Positions 49,562 to 58,956 of a stretch of DNA of 64,000 nucleotides are shown here, piece by piece. Both the position numbers and the translations under genes were made by a program. Each line of letters starts with the position of its first letter. Position 1 is the stretch's first letter. The notes under the pieces were generated by a model that saw nothing but the letters and a program-made list of their open reading frames with translations, was not told the origin of the DNA and did no database searches. Source of the DNA: an uncultured Gammaproteobacteria bacterium (GTDB taxonomy: Bacteria > Patescibacteriota > Microgenomatia > Levybacterales > UBA12049); the NCBI GenBank assembly GCA_964408485.1, contig CAYOZJ010000001.1, forward strand, positions 92,366 through 156,365. The letters are read 5' to 3'.

Positions 49562-49849
49562 ATGACCAAATCACAGCAATATTTTCAAGATATGGTGGAA
49601 AATCATAAAGATCTTTTTGATGCATTTAAAGTGGTTCATGACCAATATGTGCTAGACGCTAAAAAATACCAACAGCAATTAAACGAACTCGGAGAAGACG
49701 TATTAAAAATTATTCGTCGTTATGAAAATATGCTCTGCTCAGAGTCAGAGGGTGGAAAATTTGGTAAATTTAGCAGTAAAACAGCAGATAAATTCTGGGA
49801 ATATGTGCGTGGATTTCTTCCAAAAATTGATTCAGTAGGTCTTAAGTAA
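49562..49849 (+). CDS. Conserved-looking hypothetical protein
   Basis: 95 aa helical; TATACT-7nt-ATG. Confidence 0.7.
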   Translation: MTKSQQYFQDMVENHKDLFDAFKVVHDQYVLDAKKYQQQLNELGEDVLKIIRRYENMLCSESEGGKFGKFSSKTADKFWEYVRGFLPKIDSVGLK

Positions 49850-49853
49850 ATAT

Positions 49854-49902
49854 ATTGTTCGAATGCAGTGAGAACTAAAACTTCTCGCTTTGCTCGAAGA
49901 AT
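49854..49902. repeat. TTCGAA/G...GAGAA inverted dimer between convergent genes
   Basis: attgttcgaatgcagtgagaac...cttctcgctttgctcgaagaat. Confidence 0.7.
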
Positions 49903-49909
49903 AAATATT

Positions 49910-50107
49910 TTACTTTTGTACAGATTGGCTTTTCTCCAACTGAACCGGAGTCGGGGTTGGAGTAATTGAAGATAAAACAGTCAGATATTTTTGATTAAAA
50001 AGCATACCTGCATAAAACGCAACTCCTAAGAAAGCCAAAACAAGAAGAAGGGCTAGCATTTTAGAAAACGCAGTAACTTTGGTAAGTGATTTAGGAAGTT
50101 TGACCAT
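49910..50107 (-). CDS. Small membrane protein
   Basis: VT.FSK.LA plus TM and PT tail. Confidence 0.65.
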   Translation of the reverse strand: MVKLPKSLTKVTAFSKMLALLLVLAFLGVAFYAGMLFNQKYLTVLSSITPTPTPVQLEKSQSVQK

Positions 50108-50191
50108 ACATCTACTTTCCTACAAAAACCAGAAAAAATCAAGTCGATTTCGTGCTTGACAGATAATAAAGGGCTCTCTATAATTTTGGCC

Positions 50192-50485
50192 ATGAGACAC
50201 ACTTTAGAAGTAAGCGAGCCAGGAGGAGCAAGAATCTGGACAAATGAAGGCACACCAATCACTTATGGTGCAGAAACTCGCGACGGAGTGGTCGGAGACG
50301 AAGTCCCCCTAAGAACCGTTGGAGTTGCTTCTGCAAGAATCCATGGAAGCTTAGAGTATAAAAGGATTGCTCGGCCACATTTTGGTGAAGAACCTACAAG
50401 AACACGAAATAGAGCTGGTCATTATGTTACTCAAACGCTGGCAGATGCAATCGTTGCAGCTCATAATACAAGAAAAAACTCATAA
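50192..50485 (+). CDS. Hypothetical protein
   Basis: TTGACA-17-TATAAT-7nt-ATG. Confidence 0.65.
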   Translation: MRHTLEVSEPGGARIWTNEGTPITYGAETRDGVVGDEVPLRTVGVASARIHGSLEYKRIARPHFGEEPTRTRNRAGHYVTQTLADAIVAAHNTRKNS

Positions 50486-50551
50486 CACTTCTAAAAAAAT
50501 CATCCAATTTCGTGCTTGACAAGTAATATAGGTCTAATTTATAATTTGACT

Positions 50552-50788
50552 ATGGCTGACAGAATTCGCTCAAATTCAGGTTCAGAAATTATAAGAGACA
50601 CTGATTCTTACACGTATGGTGCAGTCTCAGAAAGGGTAGTTATTTTTGGTTTTTCACAAAGGGATGTAGCAAGTGCTCGTGCGAGAGTTAGAAAAGAGCT
50701 AGATGAAGATAAGGCTATTGATGAGCAGGCACAAATTCTCGCTAGACGCGGGTTACGTATGATGGAAGAAAGAAATCAATGGAATTAG
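50552..50788 (+). CDS. Hypothetical protein
   Basis: TTGACA-18-TATAAT-6nt-ATG. Confidence 0.65.
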   Translation: MADRIRSNSGSEIIRDTDSYTYGAVSERVVIFGFSQRDVASARARVRKELDEDKAIDEQAQILARRGLRMMEERNQWN

Positions 50789-50790
50789 TT

Positions 50791-51126
50791 TCATAACCCC
50801 AAATTTGAATAGCTATTCATCTGATTTTGTACTCCCTGCAAAAATGCTCCCATTGTCCACAATGTTAGGATAACTGCCAGAATAGTCAAAACTAAAGCTA
50901 TCCATCCAATTCTTTTTGCTTTTGAATCACTGGATCTAAGATATTTCCATGTCCAGATAAGTCCAAGTGGCGGAAGAAAAAAACTAACAAAGTAAATCCA
51001 GACCTGCTTCCCTGTCCCAATAGTTGGCGTGTGATTTGTCAATTTTGCACCACAATGACTACAAAATGTATCATCAGGAGCAGTTATGCTTCCGCAATTT
51101 GGACAGATAAATTGAGAATTATCCAT
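50791..51126 (-). CDS. Zinc-ribbon plus 2-TM protein
   Basis: CPNCG...FCSHCG; SFFLPPLG. Confidence 0.8.
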   Translation of the reverse strand: MDNSQFICPNCGSITAPDDTFCSHCGAKLTNHTPTIGTGKQVWIYFVSFFLPPLGLIWTWKYLRSSDSKAKRIGWIALVLTILAVILTLWTMGAFLQGVQNQMNSYSNLGL

Positions 51127-51149
51127 AATGTATTCTCCCTGAGCGATTC

Positions 51150-51243
51150 ATTCTTCTTCGAGTGAGTCCGAAGGATGAATCGAGAAGTTTTGTTCTAAAC
51201 TTATTTAAAGTTCTCGACTCATTTTATTCGCTCGAACAAGAAT
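51150..51243. repeat. Inverted dimer of TTCGAG...TCGAGAA palindromes
   Basis: attcttcttcgagtgagt...tcgagaa-spacer-ttctcgactc...gctcgaacaagaat. Confidence 0.75.
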
Positions 51244-51244
51244 A

Positions 51245-52645
51245 TTATTTTTTATTTACCCTCGGACCATCTTTACCGTCCATAACATCAAAGCCTAAGT
51301 CGCTTATTTTCTTTCTCAGCTCGTCAGATGCCTTATAATCCCCTGCTTTTCGAAAAGTCTCTCTTTCTTTGAGTAAGTCCTCAACATTCTTTGGTATCTT
51401 TACGCTTTCCGCTTTACGCTTTCCGCTTGCGAGGCCTAAGCCTAAAATGCGATCCATTTCCAAAAGCGTTGCCTTTTTTTCGCCAGGATTAATAATGCGC
51501 TTTGTCATATCCCACACAATACTCAATGCTTTTGCTGTATTTAAGTCGTCGTTAAGAGCTTCCATAAATTGCTCTATCCAAAAAAGATTTGGTGAAGCAG
51601 TAGGATCATTGGTAATATGAGATCGTAATTTCTTAAGACTACTTGCTGCAGCGTCCAAACTTTCCCAGGTAAAATTCATTTCTTGTCTATAATGCGTTTG
51701 TAAATATAAATAACGAAGGCTGAGTGGGTCATACCCTTTTGCAACAACATCCTCCACTGTATAAAAATTACCCAATGACTTACTCATTTTCTGACCTCCA
51801 ACAACCAGAAAATTATGGTGCACCCAGTAATTAACAAATTTCTTGCCCGTTGCAGCCTCAGATTGCGCTATTTCATTTGAATGATGAATTGCAATATGAT
51901 CGATTCCACCTGTGTGAATATCGAGCGTTGGCCCAAGCGCTTTCATGGACATTGCACTACATTCTATATGCCACCCTGGGAAACCCACTCCCCACGGACT
52001 ATCCCATTCCATTTGACGCTTTCCTTGCCCTGAGCCTGCCGAAGGGTCATCTTTGGGAGAAAACTTCCAAAGAGCAAAATCACTAGCATTTTTTTTGCCT
52101 TCAATAAAATCTACTCGTGCTCCTTTTTGCAATTCATCTGGATTTTGCCTGGACAATGCAAAGTAATTTTTAAATTTTGATGTATCAAAATAAATTCCAT
52201 CAGACAAACGGTATGTATATCCTTTCTCTTCTAATTCCTGCACTAATTTAATTTGTTCTTTAATATAATCTGTTGCATGCATGAGATCTTTAGGTAAATC
52301 TATATTAAGCAACTTGCATGAATCTTTAAACTGCTCTTCAAACATTTTTGCAACATCCCACACAGACTTACCAAATTTCTTCGCACCTTTTTCCATTTTA
52401 TCCTCCCCTGTGTCACTATCACTTACTAAGTGACCAACATCGGTAATATTCATTACATGGTGTACTGAATACCCATTTGCTTCCAAAACCCGAATAAGGA
52501 TATCGTCCCAAACGTAACGCCTCATATGCCCAATATGCTGATAGTCATAGACTGTTGGCCCGCAAGAATACATAGCCACTTGTAGTGGCTTTAGTGACTT
52601 AAATTCCTCAACGCTTCTTGTTAATGTGTTATAAATTCGTAACAT
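51245..52645 (-). CDS. cysS: Cysteine-tRNA ligase with two repeat-derived inserts
   Basis: CGPTVY, HIGH, PGWHIECS, KMSKS. Confidence 0.98.
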   Translation of the reverse strand: MLRIYNTLTRSVEEFKSLKPLQVAMYSCGPTVYDYQHIGHMRRYVWDDILIRVLEANGYSVHHVMNITDVGHLVSDSDTGEDKMEKGAKKFGKSVWDVAKMFEEQFKDSCKLLNIDLPKDLMHATDYIKEQIKLVQELEEKGYTYRLSDGIYFDTSKFKNYFALSRQNPDELQKGARVDFIEGKKNASDFALWKFSPKDDPSAGSGQGKRQMEWDSPWGVGFPGWHIECSAMSMKALGPTLDIHTGGIDHIAIHHSNEIAQSEAATGKKFVNYWVHHNFLVVGGQKMSKSLGNFYTVEDVVAKGYDPLSLRYLYLQTHYRQEMNFTWESLDAAASSLKKLRSHITNDPTASPNLFWIEQFMEALNDDLNTAKALSIVWDMTKRIINPGEKKATLLEMDRILGLGLASGKRKAESVKIPKNVEDLLKERETFRKAGDYKASDELRKKISDLGFDVMDGKDGPRVNKK

Positions 52646-52728
52646 AGTTTTTTTGAATTATGAATAATGAATTATGCAGTATGCTTTCTTAGGTGCTTTA
52701 TTCATATTGCATATTGCCTATCGCAATA

Positions 52729-53316
52729 TTACCCTATTCCTCCTCCTTTATTTTCTGTTGCGCGCTGTGCTTTTAGCAAATTATCATCTTGTTGTTTTTT
52801 CTCTTCTTTTTTCTGCATATCTTGGAATTTTTCCTCCTGCTTATCTTGCTCTTTTTCGTTATTTTCAACGACAGTCTTTCTGTCTCGTCCTTCTGCTTTT
52901 GCTAAAAAGTCCTGATAATACTCTTGGTGAAGACTCCTAAGTTCTTGCTCGATTTTCTGAATCTTTTCTATATCCTCTGGCGACTTACTCCCAGGATCTG
53001 CAACCAATTGTTGACCTGCTTTTGTAAGCATTTGCGGAGCTTGACCTTGTCCTTGTTGCTTTTGCTTACCACCAGCTGCATCCGGACTAAATAAGTCTCC
53101 TCCTTGTAGCGTATTTGCCCCGATTGAATCGGGGTTAAATGATCCATTTTGGGGCTGCTGCTTAGGAGGAGTAAAACTACCACTTATCCCGCCGCTTCCT
53201 TTTACTTGACCTGCTACAGATTTAGTAAAGTCAGCAATTGTCCCACCAATTGCCTGTTTTGTATTTGCTGTTAAATCCTCTAATGCTTCACCAAATCCAT
53301 TTGATCCATCTGACAT
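52729..53316 (-). CDS. Gln/Glu/Lys-rich hypothetical protein
   Basis: 195 aa; LHQEYY motif, coiled coil. Confidence 0.7.
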   Translation of the reverse strand: MSDGSNGFGEALEDLTANTKQAIGGTIADFTKSVAGQVKGSGGISGSFTPPKQQPQNGSFNPDSIGANTLQGGDLFSPDAAGGKQKQQGQGQAPQMLTKAGQQLVADPGSKSPEDIEKIQKIEQELRSLHQEYYQDFLAKAEGRDRKTVVENNEKEQDKQEEKFQDMQKKEEKKQQDDNLLKAQRATENKGGGIG

Positions 53317-53379
53317 ATTGAGTCTAGTTTAACACAGAATGAGACCAATATCATTGTCGTTTGTAAAATCGATGAAAAA

Positions 53380-53486
53380 TTTCTAATTTCTAATTACCTA
53401 ATTAACCTAAAGAAATCCCAAATTCCAATTTCTAACATTTTGTCATTGGTGCTTTTTTAGAAATTAGGGTAATTAGGTAAATTAGG
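53380..53486. repeat. Inverted pair of ctaatt/aattag degenerate tandem repeats
   Basis: Similar arrays at 12781-12830 and 57445-57547. Confidence 0.6.
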
Positions 53487-54308
53487 TTAATTTTCTTTAA
53501 TGTAAGGCACATGATGTTTAAAGTTATTTTTATCAACAAATCCTAAGACTTTTTTAACGATCTTTTCATCAATTCCTGATGCAACAATTTCTCCATTCGT
53601 CATCCCTTCATCAAACGCACGGTACAAAATTTTGTCTGCTTCTGCATAAGAAAATCCAAATTCATTTTCATCTGCTTGCGAATCCCAGAGCCCTGCAGAA
53701 GGAGCTTTTTCTACAATTTCTTTCGGCACACCTAAATATTTTGCCATTTCCCATACCTGCGTCTTATACAACCCTCGTATTGGCTCAATATCTGATGCCT
53801 CATCTCCAAAACGTGTAAAGTACCCTAAATAGTGCTCACTCTTATTTTCTGTCCCAACTACGAGTGCTTCCAGCTGCTTTGCCAAATCAAATAGATAAAT
53901 CATGCGGACACGTGCCATCATATTGCCTTTGCGCACAGCAAATATGTCATTGCGAGGAGCTTGCGACGCGGCAATCTCTTCATTTGTATTAGATTGCTTC
54001 GTTTCACTCGCAATGACGTCAACTGCACTTTTAATATCCCTCACAAAAATATGATCTTCTTTAAGACCAGCAGCCTCCACTACCATTTGTCCATGCTGGG
54101 AAGACTTTTGACTCATTTCCCCATAGGGCAAAAGTACGGCATAGACATTTTCTTTTCCTAATGCCTTTACTGCCAAGAAAAGTGATGTTGCACTATCCAC
54201 TCCACCTGACACAGCAAGAATAACACGGGAAAAACCCGCAGTTACTACTGTTTGACGAATCCAGGCAATAATCTCCTCTGATTTATTTTTGTAATCAAGA
54301 TCGTTCAT
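53487..54308 (-). CDS. nadE: NH3-dependent NAD synthetase with in-frame insertion
   Basis: SGGVDS, ARVRM, GT.NKSE...GYFT.FGD, PSAGLW..Q.DE. Confidence 0.96.
   Translation of the reverse strand: MNDLDYKNKSEEIIAWIRQTVVTAGFSRVILAVSGGVDSATSLFLAVKALGKENVYAVLLPYGEMSQKSSQHGQMVVEAAGLKEDHIFVRDIKSAVDVIASETKQSNTNEEIAASQAPRNDIFAVRKGNMMARVRMIYLFDLAKQLEALVVGTENKSEHYLGYFTRFGDEASDIEPIRGLYKTQVWEMAKYLGVPKEIVEKAPSAGLWDSQADENEFGFSYAEADKILYRAFDEGMTNGEIVASGIDEKIVKKVLGFVDKNNFKHHVPYIKEN
53946..54017. repeat. 72 bp palindromic element in frame in nadE
   Basis: GTCATTGCGAG...GCAATCT...AGATTGC...CTCGCAATGAC. Confidence 0.92.
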
Positions 54309-54358
54309 TGTTAAATGATTAAATTCTTAAATTATTAGCAATATAGCAATTTAGCAAT

Positions 54359-54994
54359 TTAAGAATATAGCTTGTGCTCTATTATATACTTTTCTACACT
54401 TTCAGGCACAAGTCCTGTGATTGATTGACGATCTTTGATTAGATCCCGAATCCGTGTTGCACTATCTTCGAGTGGCACATAATTTGGATCTGTAATAACC
54501 GTTGCATTGCTGGGTGCATTTTCTACAGAAGAGCCTTTGCGAGCAACGACAAGAAAATGTACTTCTTTAAGAAGCTCTTCCCAGTGTGTCCACTTGTGAA
54601 ATACATTCATATTGTCTGACCCCACAACAAAAACAAACTCATGCTCTGGGTATTTCTGACGTAATCTTCGAACAACGGCTATTGTTTCTGTCGCTCCTCC
54701 TATTTCTACTGGTGTCATATCCACCTTCAAAGTGTCATTGCGAGGAGCTTGCGACGCGGCAATCTCTTCATTTGTATTAGATTGCTTCGCTTTGCTCGCA
54801 ATGACGGAAGAAATTGCCAACTCAGCCATTGCTTTTCTGTCTTTTGCAGATGCAACAATTGGCCGCCATTGATGCTGATTCTCTACGCTAAGCCATACCT
54901 CATCTGCCAAACCAATTTTAAGAACCTCTTTTGCAACAGCCAAGTGACCATTATGGATAGGGTCAAATCGTCCACCAAAAATCGCGACCTTCAT
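54359..54994 (-). CDS. nadD: Nicotinate-nucleotide adenylyltransferase with in-frame insertion
   Basis: FGGRFDPIHNGH, GSD, W..W, SATRIR, V.KYI..H.LY. Confidence 0.95.
   Translation of the reverse strand: MKVAIFGGRFDPIHNGHLAVAKEVLKIGLADEVWLSVENQHQWRPIVASAKDRKAMAELAISSVIASKAKQSNTNEEIAASQAPRNDTLKVDMTPVEIGGATETIAVVRRLRQKYPEHEFVFVVGSDNMNVFHKWTHWEELLKEVHFLVVARKGSSVENAPSNATVITDPNYVPLEDSATRIRDLIKDRQSITGLVPESVEKYIIEHKLYS
54734..54805. repeat. 72 bp palindromic element in frame in nadD
   Basis: 69/72 identical to the nadE copy. Confidence 0.92.
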
Positions 54995-55074
54995 GAGGAG
55001 TATTTTAGTATTATTGTTCGAGCTTGTCGAGAACTTATTAGGAGAAAAACCGATATCGAATGATACTTGGCCAC

Positions 55075-55145
55075 ATCCACCGTATGTTCGCACTTAGCTT
55101 TTCAATACTATTCGTATACGCCTCGTGCCAACATTATTGGTGGAT
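55075..55145 (-). other. Imperfect long hairpin upstream of nadD
   Basis: ATCCACC/GGTGGAT, ATGTT/AACAT, GCAC/GTGC, ATAC/GTAT. Confidence 0.45.
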
Positions 55146-55177
55146 TATGTACTATTTATACTTTAGCTATGGAACAT

Positions 55178-55200
55178 AAAAAAACTCCCTTTCAGGAGTT
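55178..55200 (-). terminator. Intrinsic terminator
   Basis: AACTCC-tgaaag-GGAGTT then T run on the minus strand. Confidence 0.8.
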
Positions 55201-55220
55201 CTTTAATCCAATCTTAAATC

Positions 55221-56168
55221 TTATCTAATAAATCCAGGTGAAGTTGGTTTTCTTCTTGATCTTCCTACACCATTTCCACCATTATCTGCTACAGGTTCAT
55301 CTGTACCAACCATATGATCATACAGACCCAAAACTCTTACAGTCTGCTCTACAATATTTGCCTCTCGAGGCTGTGTATTTCTTCCATTAGATACCCTTGG
55401 ATCTCGAGGAGTTAAAGGTTGAGATGCATCTCGTTGTGCTGGCTGTCTATCCCCATTTCTTGCTGCTCTTACAACCTCTTCCACTGTCTGCCTACTAGGT
55501 GCACCTGTAAACTGTTCTACTGCCGATCCCTTCACTCTTTCATGGGTATTTACTATTTGATGGGCAAGGGCTGCTGTTGCTTTATTCGCAAGATATGTTT
55601 TTGCAAATCTCCATGGATGTACCTTACCCTTTGCATCAACTGCAGCATCTGCTGCTGCTCGCAAGCTGGATTCTGCTTCAATTTGCGCACGCTCTGCATC
55701 AGACAAGGCTGCTTGTTCTGCGTGCATTCGTTGTCCAGCAACGTCTGCAACAGCTCTTGGATGAATACCATGTCGGAAAATAGCTCCCTGTGTGGCGTCA
55801 CTGTGTGCACCAAGTGTTTTAGCCCATCCCTCCACTTGTTCTGCTCGCTCTGCAACTTCTCCTGCTACATCAAATAGCATTTCTTCTACCCCTTCTACTC
55901 CTCTATCACGAACTGTTCTTACTAATCCACCAACTAATGCTCCAAAGAAATTCTCTCTTTGTGGAACATATGACTCTGGTGCTTGTACAGGTTCTACTGC
56001 TCGTTGCTGTGGTTGTGGCTGTCTTGGTGCTCTTCCACCTCTTACTGAAGGCATATCACTTGCTTCAACACCAGGATATACTGGATCTTGTTGTCTTTCT
56101 GGTCTTGCAAGTGGAACTCGTGGTGCTCCCTTTGCTCTACTTCTATCTCTTTGTTCTGCTTTTCCCAT
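55221..56168 (-). CDS. Ala/Arg/Gln-rich hypothetical protein
   Basis: 315 aa; consensus TTGACA-17-TATAAT promoter and own terminator. Confidence 0.75.
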   Translation of the reverse strand: MGKAEQRDRSRAKGAPRVPLARPERQQDPVYPGVEASDMPSVRGGRAPRQPQPQQRAVEPVQAPESYVPQRENFFGALVGGLVRTVRDRGVEGVEEMLFDVAGEVAERAEQVEGWAKTLGAHSDATQGAIFRHGIHPRAVADVAGQRMHAEQAALSDAERAQIEAESSLRAAADAAVDAKGKVHPWRFAKTYLANKATAALAHQIVNTHERVKGSAVEQFTGAPSRQTVEEVVRAARNGDRQPAQRDASQPLTPRDPRVSNGRNTQPREANIVEQTVRVLGLYDHMVGTDEPVADNGGNGVGRSRRKPTSPGFIR

Positions 56169-56388
56169 ATTATTGTTGTCATTATAAATATACTATATTA
56201 AGTTGTCAATAGGGTATTTTTATCTTCTTTATATTTGATATTGTAAGAGAATGATATATTTATGCAGTCTATACACTCTTTTATTAAAAATCACTATTTA
56301 GCCCTATAACCTTCAGTTATGAGATAATTTCTAAATTCCACTTTCCCCTCTTGACAAGACCGTACTACTGCTATTATTATGCGGGTAT

Positions 56389-56805
56389 ATGTCAATCGCA
56401 GTAAAACCAGGTACATCGGCTCGAATAAGAAGAGGGAGAGGAATCACTATTCCTACTGATATTAGTATTTCAGTTGAAGGTATTAAAACAACTGCGGTAG
56501 AACCATCTACTCAGACTGCTTCAGAACCTCGAAAAGGAAGAGCTGCAAAGCGCCTTGATTTAGCTTCTTTGGATCCGCAGATCTCAGTGGGACTTGTTGG
56601 TCATAGAGAAACATATCCAGCAGGTGTATTAAATCGTAGAAAAGCTACTGATAGTCCTGTGGCAAGGGAACCTCGCCAAAACGAAGAACCTCGTGTAGAC
56701 AAGGTAGTAACACCAAAAAGAAAACATGGAACACCAGGTACAGATTTGGGTGATGTAAAACTTCCTGATTGGGTTTTGAGAGAAGCTCATTTGCCACGTT
56801 CTTAA
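56389..56805 (+). CDS. Basic disordered hypothetical protein
   Basis: TTGACA(56351)...TATTAT-8nt-ATG. Confidence 0.65.
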   Translation: MSIAVKPGTSARIRRGRGITIPTDISISVEGIKTTAVEPSTQTASEPRKGRAAKRLDLASLDPQISVGLVGHRETYPAGVLNRRKATDSPVAREPRQNEEPRVDKVVTPKRKHGTPGTDLGDVKLPDWVLREAHLPRS

Positions 56806-56831
56806 TTCATTTTCAGAATCATTGACTATAC

Positions 56832-57437
56832 TTATACTTCGCTTCTTCCTTCCATTGCACGTTGTAATGTAACTTCATCTGCGTACTCTAAATCTGCACC
56901 TACTGGCAAACCTCGACCTATACGAGTAATTCGCAGTTCGTGGTTCATAGTTCGTAGTTGTTTGGAGATATACATTGCCGTTGCTTCCCCTTCCATCGTT
57001 GGATTGGTTGCTAAGATAACTTCCTTGACCTCGTCATTATCCTTAAGCCTTTCAAAAAGCTTTCCTACATATATCTCATCTGGACCTAAATTATTTAATG
57101 GATCAATTCTGCCATGAAGCACGTGATAGATTCCCCTGTATTTGCCTGATTTTTCTAACGCCAAGACATCTAATGGCTGCTCAACAACGCAAATAGTACT
57201 GTGATCCCGTTGATTATCACTACAAATTGAGCAAGGGTCTGTCTCGTCAATGGACATACAGATAGAGCAAAGCTTGGTACCCGTTTTAAGACCCGTTAGC
57301 GCATTGGCAAAATTATCGAGCTCGGGTTGGGGTACATGAAGCAGATAAAACGTAAGACGCTGAGCTGATTTTGGCCCTACACCGGGTAATTTTTCAAAAG
57401 ACTCAATAAGAGACTGAACAGCTTTGGGTATACGCAT
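56832..57437 (-). CDS. recR: Recombination mediator RecR
   Basis: LPGVGPKSAQR, C4 zinc finger, YHVL.G, EGEATA. Confidence 0.97.
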   Translation of the reverse strand: MRIPKAVQSLIESFEKLPGVGPKSAQRLTFYLLHVPQPELDNFANALTGLKTGTKLCSICMSIDETDPCSICSDNQRDHSTICVVEQPLDVLALEKSGKYRGIYHVLHGRIDPLNNLGPDEIYVGKLFERLKDNDEVKEVILATNPTMEGEATAMYISKQLRTMNHELRITRIGRGLPVGADLEYADEVTLQRAMEGRSEV

Positions 57438-57542
57438 AATGAATTGACCTAATTACTCTAATTGATCTAATTAACCTAATCAAGCACCAATTTAAAAATT
57501 TTGTCATTAGGATTTCTTTAGAATAATTAGAAATTAGGTGAA

Positions 57543-58454
57543 TTAGGTTAATTGTATTGCCTCTGCTAACAGTGACGCTACAGATAAAACAGTGAGTTTG
57601 GAAAACAACTTTTCCTTAGGTAAAACAACCGTGTCTGTTACAAAAACACTAGAGATAAAAGACTTTTCAAGAGCGCTTGGTGCATCTTCGGAAAAGATTG
57701 CATGCGTTGCCATAACAATTACTTCTGTTATACCATGGCTTTTAAGAAAATCACTGCCTAAGATAATTGTCTTACCTGATGAAATAAGGTCATCCACCAT
57801 AATTGCCCGTTTTTTACCTTTAATTGACCCTTCTTTAACACCTGTTATTTTTACTTCCCCTGTTTCTAGATCCCTATCCTTTTCCAAGGCAACATATGGC
57901 ATATCATCTAAAAGCTCTGAAAGTTTTTTGATTCTGGCTATGCCTCCCATGTCTGGAGAAACAAGCACCGTATCTTCGGTATTCCAATTATTTTTTCTTA
58001 TTTCCTCAGCAAAAAGAGGCAGAGCACTCACATGCTTAACTGGAATATGAAAAAGGCTAGGAATTCTAATAGAATGCATATCCACACTAACCAACTTGTC
58101 TATTCCTAAATTTTCTAATATGCGGATAACTACTTCCAACGATACTGCTTCCCCATCTCGAAAAATATGGTCTTGTCTCTGGTATCCAAAATACGGGACA
58201 ACTGCAGTAACAAACTCTGCACCGCTGCGCTTTAGCGCGTCTATAAGGAAGAATAATTCCATATAGTTAGTATCAACAGGAGGATATGCAGACTGAACCA
58301 CCACGACAGAATCACTAACAACTGCTTCATTTACCCTAACTCGCCTTTCCCCATCTGGGAAAATATGTTGGTCAACTGGTAACTCCTTTACACCTAAAAC
58401 CTTACCCATTTTCTGGGCTAAGTCCTGACTTGCTGTGCCACCAAAGAGTTTCAT
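57543..58454 (-). CDS. prs: Ribose-phosphate pyrophosphokinase
   Basis: FPDGE, PYFGYQRQD, SPDMGG, VDDLISSGKT. Confidence 0.95.
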   Translation of the reverse strand: MKLFGGTASQDLAQKMGKVLGVKELPVDQHIFPDGERRVRVNEAVVSDSVVVVQSAYPPVDTNYMELFFLIDALKRSGAEFVTAVVPYFGYQRQDHIFRDGEAVSLEVVIRILENLGIDKLVSVDMHSIRIPSLFHIPVKHVSALPLFAEEIRKNNWNTEDTVLVSPDMGGIARIKKLSELLDDMPYVALEKDRDLETGEVKITGVKEGSIKGKKRAIMVDDLISSGKTIILGSDFLKSHGITEVIVMATHAIFSEDAPSALEKSFISSVFVTDTVVLPKEKLFSKLTVLSVASLLAEAIQLT

Positions 58455-58467
58455 ATGTAAAACAAAT

Positions 58468-58525
58468 TTCCTTCGACGCACTACGTTTGCTCAGGAAAAA
58501 TTTATCCCTGAGCGAAGTCGAAGGG
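58468..58525. repeat. Inverted dimer of CTTCGAC...GCTCAG elements
   Basis: ccttcgac...gctcagg / ccctgagcgaagtcgaaggg. Confidence 0.75.
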
Positions 58526-58533
58526 TCTCCAAT

Positions 58534-58815
58534 TTACTGTCCTCCCATAAGGCCTCCTAAGCCTCCTCCCATTTGAGAAAGTTTTTTGGCTGCGATTTCT
58601 TGAGATTTTTTAATTGCTTCATTGATACAATCTTTAACATCGTTGTCAGACCTACCATTGGTATTAATACTTACAACTTTCTGGTCTCCTGTCATAACAA
58701 CAGTAACTCCTGATTTTTCAACGGTTATTTGCTCAGCTTGCAACGCTTTTTGAATTTGCATTGCCTGATCTCGCATTTTCTTTAAATCTCCTAATTGTTG
58801 AAATGGATTTAACAT
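58534..58815 (-). CDS. ybaB: YbaB/EbfC nucleoid-associated protein
   Basis: A..IQ..L, V.V.MTG; dnaX-ybaB-recR synteny. Confidence 0.88.
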   Translation of the reverse strand: MLNPFQQLGDLKKMRDQAMQIQKALQAEQITVEKSGVTVVMTGDQKVVSINTNGRSDNDVKDCINEAIKKSQEIAAKKLSQMGGGLGGLMGGQ

Positions 58816-58956
58816 ATATCTTACATCACCCCACCTTCTGTTTTAAATGTCATTCTAAATTTTATTCAAAATCTATTCAAAAAATATATTGCTACATTGC
58901 TAAATTGCTAAATGACTAAAGACAACAATTTAATAATTTAAGAATATAACAATTAT

